A DNA stretch of 13,236 nucleotides, from contig SHMW01000100.1 of assembly GCA_008080735.1 (NCBI GenBank), positions 1 to 13,236 on the forward strand, given 5' to 3'. The notes below the pieces were generated by a model, which was given only the letters and a program-made list of their open reading frames with translations, ran no database searches and was not told the origin of the DNA. The stretch is from Promethearchaeota archaeon (GTDB lineage: Archaea > Asgardarchaeota > Lokiarchaeia > Sigyniarchaeales > SOKP01). Position numbers and translations under genes: made by a program. This document shows positions 8,006-13,236 of this stretch, piece after piece; positions within the stretch are counted from its first letter, which is position 1; the number at the start of each line of letters is the position of its first letter.

Positions 8006-9199
8006 TTAGAGATTTTCCACTATAGTTGCTTCTGAAACGCCACCGCCACCACACAGTGTAGCAAGTCCGTAAGATACATCTCGCTTCTTCATTTCGTGGA
8101 TAAGTGTAACGATTATTCTCGCTCCTGTGCATCCTACGGGGTGTCCTAAGCCTATTCCAGAGCCATTGACGTTTGTTTTTTCAAAGTCCCAACCTAATTG
8201 CTTTCCTACAGCGACATACTGTGCTGCGAAAGCTTCATTACATTCTACCAGTCCGAGATCTACATATTTCATATTAGCTTGTTTAAGTGCTAATGGGGCG
8301 CTATACATGGGCCCCATTCCCATATATTTCGGGTCATTACCGATTTTACTTATCGTGACGATTTTAACAAGCGGGTCTAACCCAAGCTCTTCCGCTTTTG
8401 CTTGCGTTGTTAGCAATGTCATGCATGCTCCGTCATTAATCCCTGATGAATTACCAGCGGTTACAGTTCCATCTTTTTTAAAGACAGGAGGTAATTTTTG
8501 GAGTGCTTCCATAGTTAAACCTTCCCGGAAGTGCTCATCTTTATCAAAAGTGTAGGTTTTCTTTCTAGTTTTGACTTCTACTGGGATGATCTCATCTTTA
8601 AAACGTCCCGATTTTGTAGCTTCTTCCGCATTATTCTGCGAATCAAGCGCGGCTTTATCTTGCTCTTCTCTCGATATATTGTATTTATCTGCAACATATT
8701 CTGCGGTCATGCCCATAATATATCCTTCTCCAAATACTTTACTTCCAGCGTGGAGTCCTTCCATTATTCCACATTTCATCTCTTTATTACGTAAACGTGC
8801 ACCCCAACGAGCAGAAGGGATGTAATAACTCACATTACTCATACTTTCTGTCCCTCCCGCCAACACGACCTCTGCCTGGTTCGTCATTAAGTCGACCATG
8901 CCAGCTCTCACAGCTTCCATCGCAGAAGTGCATACTCGATTAATCGTCATAGCAGGAACTTCATAAGGAATATCTGCAAGAAGCGCTGCAACACGCGTCA
9001 CATTCATTTCTTCTTGCGGCTCCATACAACATCCCGCTTTAATATCAGAAATGACCGATGGATCAATACCCGTCTCTTCAATGCAATCTTTAATACAATA
9101 ACTCAGCAGTTTACTTGCATTATACGGAAGCAACGAGCCGCCAAAAGTACCGATGGCGGTTCTTTTTGCATAACAAATTACGATATCATTATCTCCCAT
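8006..9199 (-). CDS. atoB: Acetyl-CoA C-acetyltransferase (classical thiolase)
   Basis: RTAIGTFGG, TINRVCTS (nucleophile Cys), AGGTESMS, GTVTAGNSSGINDGA, NEAFAAQ, GHPVG, LCGGGG. ATG at 9199 preferred over the GTG at 9211, which lies within an SD-like GAGTGA. Confidence 0.95.
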   Translation of the reverse strand: MGDNDIVICYAKRTAIGTFGGSLLPYNASKLLSYCIKDCIEETGIDPSVISDIKAGCCMEPQEEMNVTRVAALLADIPYEVPAMTINRVCTSAMEAVRAGMVDLMTNQAEVVLAGGTESMSNVSYYIPSARWGARLRNKEMKCGIMEGLHAGSKVFGEGYIMGMTAEYVADKYNISREEQDKAALDSQNNAEEATKSGRFKDEIIPVEVKTRKKTYTFDKDEHFREGLTMEALQKLPPVFKKDGTVTAGNSSGINDGACMTLLTTQAKAEELGLDPLVKIVTISKIGNDPKYMGMGPMYSAPLALKQANMKYVDLGLVECNEAFAAQYVAVGKQLGWDFEKTNVNGSGIGLGHPVGCTGARIIVTLIHEMKKRDVSYGLATLCGGGGVSEATIVENL

Positions 9200-9389
9200 G
9201 TTAGTTTTCACTCATAAATTTAGTTATTAGTGGTTAAGAAAATAATCGATAAACAAAAAACATTTCTCTTGGGTTGATATGCATTACTTTTCATGATTAT
9301 CGAAATCCTACACTAATCTTAAGAACCATGATTGATTTCTACAAAGCTGTCAAACCTTAAATACAATCTACGATTATTATCTTCACAAA

Positions 9390-9397
9390 TTTATAAA
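9390..9397 (+). promoter_or_regulatory. Putative TATA box (TTTATAAA) for the DOMON-like gene
   Basis: Consensus box 22 nt before the in-frame TTG at 9419, consistent with a leaderless or very short-leader transcript. Confidence 0.45.
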
Positions 9398-9418
9398 AAA
9401 CTACGGGGTTTTACAATT

Positions 9419-10126
9419 TTGACAAATAAAAAATTAATTGGTGGATTTCTTGCGGTCTTTTTAGTCGCTGGGGTTGCTGGAGGGTTTGCCGGTTATTATT
9501 TTCCGCGATTAGATTTCGGCTCATTTAATCCAACGATAGATGGAAATTTTAGTACTTCAGATGGATGGCGGTTCGCAAAATGGCAATTTATAGAATATCT
9601 TACTTTAGATGAGAATTCGACTAATACAAACAATTACTTCTACGTACATTTAACAGATGAATACTTATATGTGCTAATTGATTTTTGTGGAGATACTACG
9701 GGCGATAAAAAGGGAGAGTGGTTAACCATATGGATAGATACAGATAATTCTCAAACGACTTATTCACATACTGGAAAAGGAGGTGGGATGTTGTGTTATT
9801 TAACCGAGAATAGCTCGTATAATGAAACATTTCATCATAATGGAAATTTGTTTGAGACAAATTTAAATAGTTCTAAGGTTAATTTAGGATTTAGTTTCCA
9901 ATCAACAGTTAATTCTAAAATTGAACATCGTGTATTCGAATTAAGAATAGATTCAAGTATATTTGAAGATGATTCTCAAAATGATTTCGCTATTGCTTTT
10001 TTAGGATATGGGACTGCTTTTGTTCCATATTATAATTCTGGATTTTGGGGTGCTCCTTCCAATTTTGCTCAAGAATATAGTATTTCAAATAATATATATG
10101 AAAATCTTTATTTTATATGTGAATAG
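9419..10126 (+). CDS. Membrane-anchored or secreted protein with a DOMON/CBM9-like beta-sandwich domain
   Basis: From TTG 9419: basic n-region (TNKK) and hydrophobic segment LIGGFLAVFLVAGVAGGFAGYYF, then PTIDG..W, YLYVLID, LTIWIDTDN, VFELRI, which are typical of DOMON-like/CBM9 domains. Asn/Ser/Thr-rich with many N-x-S/T sequons. The ORF-track start at 9332 is probably too early. Confidence 0.7.
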   Translation: MTNKKLIGGFLAVFLVAGVAGGFAGYYFPRLDFGSFNPTIDGNFSTSDGWRFAKWQFIEYLTLDENSTNTNNYFYVHLTDEYLYVLIDFCGDTTGDKKGEWLTIWIDTDNSQTTYSHTGKGGGMLCYLTENSSYNETFHHNGNLFETNLNSSKVNLGFSFQSTVNSKIEHRVFELRIDSSIFEDDSQNDFAIAFLGYGTAFVPYYNSGFWGAPSNFAQEYSISNNIYENLYFICE

Positions 10127-10161
10127 AATTAGTTTTATCTTGAGATACAAATACAAATCAC

Positions 10162-10170
10162 TTTTTTTTT
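10162..10170 (+). terminator. Putative archaeal oligo-T terminator
   Basis: T9 run about 35 nt after the stop at 10126. Confidence 0.55.
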
Positions 10171-10204
10171 ATTATAATCACTAAATTATTTCACAGAAGG
10201 GTAC

Positions 10205-10220
10205 AAAAGATTTTAAATAA
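10205..10220 (+). promoter_or_regulatory. Putative BRE+TATA promoter for the GTPase/coiled-coil pair
   Basis: Purine-rich AAAAGA directly followed by TTTTAAATAA, between the T9 run and ATG 10274. Confidence 0.4.
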
Positions 10221-10273
10221 GAATTTTGATAATATTATTAAATCGGTTTTAAGTGGTTGAGTTGTCATAAGAA

Positions 10274-11278
10274 ATGGCTGATGTATATAATGAGATCAAT
10301 CTCAAATTAGTTTTTTTGGGCAGTGGAGGGGTTGGCAAGACTTCCTTAGTAAATGCGCTAACGGGTAAAGTAGTACCAGATCGATATATGCCCACTATTG
10401 GGTCCACAATTAACAAGAAAGAATATTTATTGGAGGATTCGAATTATTTAGTCTCAGTAAATTTATGGGATATCGGAGGTCAGAGAAGTTTCAATCCGCT
10501 TAATCCTGTATTTTTTAGTAATGTTGACATCGCGTTTCTAATTTACGATATAACTAAACCCCAAGAAACAATTGCCGAACTTAATGAGATTTATTTGCCC
10601 AATCTCCTACAAAATACAGGAGAATGTTTAATATTTATTTTAGGTAATAAAATTGATTTGGAGTTTGAAAAAAAAGCGATTAAAGATATTCTAAAGCAAG
10701 AAAGATTTGATAAATATCCTAATATACTCGTCTCTGCTTTACATCAGGAGAATATTGAAGCTGCCGTGGAATATGCCACATACAACTATTTCATTGAAAT
10801 GAGTGAAGAGCTGAAGGAAAATAATGTTAAGATCAATGCTGAAAAGCTTCTGGATGTGTATGGAAAATCCAAAGTAGAGTTGGAAAAGATATTAATTAAT
10901 CTTGAAGATATTAGCTCCATGAAAATTCAGAAAAAGGCACCCGTAAAAGTATCTAAGAAAAAGCTCGAGAATACAGAGATGGAGTTGGAGAGATATCGTT
11001 TAATCCAAGAAAGATTAGAGGATTTAGAAACAATAAAAGAGCAAATTCGAGCATCATTTCGCAATAATTTAATCACAATTGAAGATATGATCCAAGAACT
11101 AAAAACGACACCAATAAGTTCGTTGATTAAAAACATTAACAAAACTCTTACTCAACTGGATTATCTAAAAGGCGATTTTGAACTCAAACTTAATTCATTA
11201 CTCAATATGGATAAATTAGCCAAACAAAAGGAGCCTCCATTATCATTAAAATCTACTACAGAATCGGAGGGAAACTGA
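10274..11278 (+). CDS. Rab-like small GTPase with a C-terminal coiled-coil/helical-hairpin extension
   Basis: Complete motif set: G1 GSGGVGKTS, G2 YMPTIG, G3 WDIGGQ, G4 GNKID, G5 VSAL. Followed by ~160 aa of helical, heptad-rich tail. No CAAX/CC motif. Confidence 0.92.
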   Translation: MADVYNEINLKLVFLGSGGVGKTSLVNALTGKVVPDRYMPTIGSTINKKEYLLEDSNYLVSVNLWDIGGQRSFNPLNPVFFSNVDIAFLIYDITKPQETIAELNEIYLPNLLQNTGECLIFILGNKIDLEFEKKAIKDILKQERFDKYPNILVSALHQENIEAAVEYATYNYFIEMSEELKENNVKINAEKLLDVYGKSKVELEKILINLEDISSMKIQKKAPVKVSKKKLENTEMELERYRLIQERLEDLETIKEQIRASFRNNLITIEDMIQELKTTPISSLIKNINKTLTQLDYLKGDFELKLNSLLNMDKLAKQKEPPLSLKSTTESEGN

Positions 11279-11284
11279 TTTAAA

Positions 11285-11839
11285 ATGCCTAAAAAGGAAA
11301 AAGAAGAAATCGTTTCATTAGCTGAATTTAAAAAATTAAATGTCAAAGTCAAGGATCTTAAAAAACTTATCAACTTAAACAACGAGAAACATAAGGAAAT
11401 CACGGATTCGATTAAACAACAAATTACAGCGCTAGATAAGAAAATCGATAGGACAAATGAGCAGATTGAAGCGCAAATTAAAACTCAAGAAGAAATCATT
11501 ATGGATATGATTCATAAATTTAATGAAGAATTTCTGAAAAATAAGAGCGCTCTCATGGCAAAGATCGATGATATTAAATCGCAACAAGATGTTCTCAAAA
11601 TTTCTTACAGTATCAATGAAAAAAAGTTATTAGATAAAGTCAAAGGGTTAATCCATGAAGAAATGAAAAAATGTGTTCAAGATAATGAAAAAGAGATATT
11701 GATGGACATTTGGATACGCGAATTGAAAAATATTATAAATGACATAGAACAACTAAAAAAAATGGATCCAAAAGAGTTTGCCCTACAAATTGACGAAATT
11801 TCCGCCACTATTGATCTCTTTAAGCAAAAACTCAAATAA
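11285..11839 (+). CDS. All-helical coiled-coil protein, probably co-transcribed with the upstream GTPase
   Basis: Begins 6 nt after the GTPase stop, with GGAGG at 11266-11270. K/E/I/L-rich heptad pattern throughout and almost no Gly/Pro. Confidence 0.85.
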   Translation: MPKKEKEEIVSLAEFKKLNVKVKDLKKLINLNNEKHKEITDSIKQQITALDKKIDRTNEQIEAQIKTQEEIIMDMIHKFNEEFLKNKSALMAKIDDIKSQQDVLKISYSINEKKLLDKVKGLIHEEMKKCVQDNEKEILMDIWIRELKNIINDIEQLKKMDPKEFALQIDEISATIDLFKQKLK

Positions 11840-11844
11840 AAAAA
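11838..11844 (-). terminator. Putative oligo-T terminator for the Fe-S protein gene
   Basis: T7 on the minus strand 12 nt past the stop at 11857, overlapping the stop of the convergent gene. Confidence 0.4.
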
Positions 11845-11856
11845 GGAAGACTAATC

Positions 11857-12999
11857 CTAATCTCGGAGTTTTGGTGGTGGGACAAATACTTTTCTTGCTC
11901 CTTCAATGAGGGATATCGCCGATTCTGGGCAAAAGTGTGCGCATATACCGCATCCGATACACCATTCTGGATTTCTTTCTGCTTTGTTGTTCTCGTTGAG
12001 CTCAATTGCATCAACCGGACATTCTTCGACACATGTACCGCATCCGATGCAGATCTCCTGGTCAATATCTGAAAGAAAATTAGTAGCATTTATCATCGGT
12101 AAAATCCCTTGCTTCCAAAGATTAAATGTTCCACAGCAATCTTTGCAGCAATTGCACACACTTGTCTCATCCCGATCTATTTTTCCGTGGGGATGATAGG
12201 CTTTATGGACCAATCCCGCTTCTTCTGATTTCTGCAAAATCTCCAGAGCCTCTTCTTTTGAAATTTTCCTTCCAAATCCTTGTTCTGCAACAAAACGCGC
12301 CGATTTCCCGAATGTGAAACAATTTTCCCTCATATCAGTGACTTCACATGAATTTCCGAGGAGATCTTGATGTTGTCGGCAAAAACAGTGAGCGACAGTG
12401 ATATCATCGAATTTGTTTATTATATCTTCGATGTTATCGGCTGTTAACACATTCTCTTCGGGTGCTTCTACCTCTTGATCAACTTTGATGGTGATTTCTT
12501 CTCCCTCTATATTTTCATGAAAAGGGACAGTGCGATCTATAGGAGGTATTTTCTTGAATCCAGGGAGGAACATATCATACCGTTCTTGAACAATATCCTC
12601 AAGCTCGTCGAAAAGTTCATCGAACAATTTTGCCATTTTCTTTTCCTTTTCGGTATATTCCACTTTGCGCATGAACACATATTCAAAAATTCCCACCATT
12701 ATTAAAGGCAAAAGACGATACACTCTTACTCCTTTTGAGTTTGGTTGATCGAATAAAGCACCTTTTTTTGCCAGAGAAGTTACATGTCGCAATATTTCCT
12801 CTTCTGGGAGTTCCGTGGTGGATTTGAGTTGGTCTAGAGTTTGAGAAACGCGTCTTTTAAATGCCTTGATAATAAATTCTGCCTCCTCTTCCGTATAAAG
12901 GAGTTTTACGATTTCTAAGAGAGTGTCCGTTATCGGAAATGGAAGCATTCCAGCTTTTACAATTATTTGAGCTGCTTTTTTGTATTGTTTTTCTGACAT
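11857..12999 (-). CDS. Multi-Fe-S protein: N-terminal wHTH-like region, central Cys-rich domain, C-terminal 2x[4Fe-4S] ferredoxin
   Basis: CFCRQ..C..C and CNCCKDCCG central motifs, CIGCGTCVEECP and CIGCGICAHFCP ferredoxin motifs. TLDQLKSTTELPEEEILRHVTSLAKKGAL resembles a wHTH. Confidence 0.88.
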   Translation of the reverse strand: MSEKQYKKAAQIIVKAGMLPFPITDTLLEIVKLLYTEEEAEFIIKAFKRRVSQTLDQLKSTTELPEEEILRHVTSLAKKGALFDQPNSKGVRVYRLLPLIMVGIFEYVFMRKVEYTEKEKKMAKLFDELFDELEDIVQERYDMFLPGFKKIPPIDRTVPFHENIEGEEITIKVDQEVEAPEENVLTADNIEDIINKFDDITVAHCFCRQHQDLLGNSCEVTDMRENCFTFGKSARFVAEQGFGRKISKEEALEILQKSEEAGLVHKAYHPHGKIDRDETSVCNCCKDCCGTFNLWKQGILPMINATNFLSDIDQEICIGCGTCVEECPVDAIELNENNKAERNPEWCIGCGICAHFCPESAISLIEGARKVFVPPPKLRD

Positions 13000-13236
13000 T
13001 TTTAAATGAAAAATTGCTAGTTAGTCTATATATTAGATGATTTTAGTTAAAAATTTTTATATACTTCAATAAGTTTTTTTTTTTAATCTGAATCAGAAAA
13101 ATTGGGAATCTTGAATTGTATCTATAATAATCAACCTTTTTCTTCGGTTCTATTAATGAAAAAAACAATCTGTTTTTAAAAGATATCTATTAGAGACTTT
13201 GTTCTATTCTATTAATTTAATATTTATAGAATTTAG

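Noticed and set aside
8127-9217. Four plus-strand ORFs (8127, 8531, 8571, 9014)
   Set aside because: Antisense to the well-supported thiolase, with no motifs.
9291-9333. ATGA...AAA...TGA arrangement resembling a eukaryote-like SECIS
   Set aside because: The intervening stem does not base-pair, the site is in a divergent promoter region rather than a 3' UTR, and no gene here has a UGA at a Cys position.
9332-9418. 29-codon N-terminal extension of the DOMON-like gene
   Set aside because: It contains the probable TATA box and would displace the signal anchor from the N-terminus.
859-12705. Other short ORFs in the track (859, 3367, 3735, 5276, 6819, 7914, 10927, 11161, 11832, 11906, 12126, 12475)
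   Set aside because: All overlap confident genes on the opposite strand or in another frame and lack recognisable motifs.
528-12999. Whole window as one functional gene cluster
   Set aside because: Mixed orientations, separate promoter and terminator signals and unrelated functions. Only 10274-11839, and possibly 528-2844, look co-transcribed.
13074-13097. T11 run followed by the palindrome TCTGAATCAGA
   Set aside because: No plus-strand gene ends upstream, so a terminator role is unsupported. A short palindrome is expected by chance in AT-rich DNA.
1-13236. CRISPR arrays, tRNA/rRNA, IS elements, tandem repeats
   Set aside because: By eye, no spaced repeats, GC-rich structured segments, transposase motifs or terminal inverted repeats. 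Intergenic regions are short and AT-rich.

Overview
AT-rich, gene-dense archaeal window. Its content is most consistent with an Asgard archaeon, probably Lokiarchaeia. That call is inferred from gene content (longin-like domains, Ras-superfamily GTPases, a MesC-type methionine synthase) and archaeal TATA/oligo-T signals. It holds 11 complete CDSs plus one 3'-truncated minus-strand CDS (267..1) that the ORF track missed. The metabolic genes are a flavodoxin-ferredoxin fusion, M32 carboxypeptidase, GH32 fructofuranosidase, folate-independent methionine synthase, thiolase, a membrane-anchored DOMON/CBM9-like protein and a wHTH multi-Fe-S protein. They are interspersed with eukaryotic-signature-like genes. 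The most interesting are: (i) a longin-like/small GTPase/MIT-TPR-like fusion whose G2 and G3 motifs are degenerate; (ii) a canonical Rab-like GTPase with a coiled-coil tail, directly followed by an all-coiled-coil gene whose C-terminal helical hairpin aligns without gaps to the GTPase tail, suggesting a dedicated GTPase-partner module; (iii) a Zn-finger protein with a possible longin-like C-terminal domain. No RNA genes, CRISPR arrays or mobile elements were seen.
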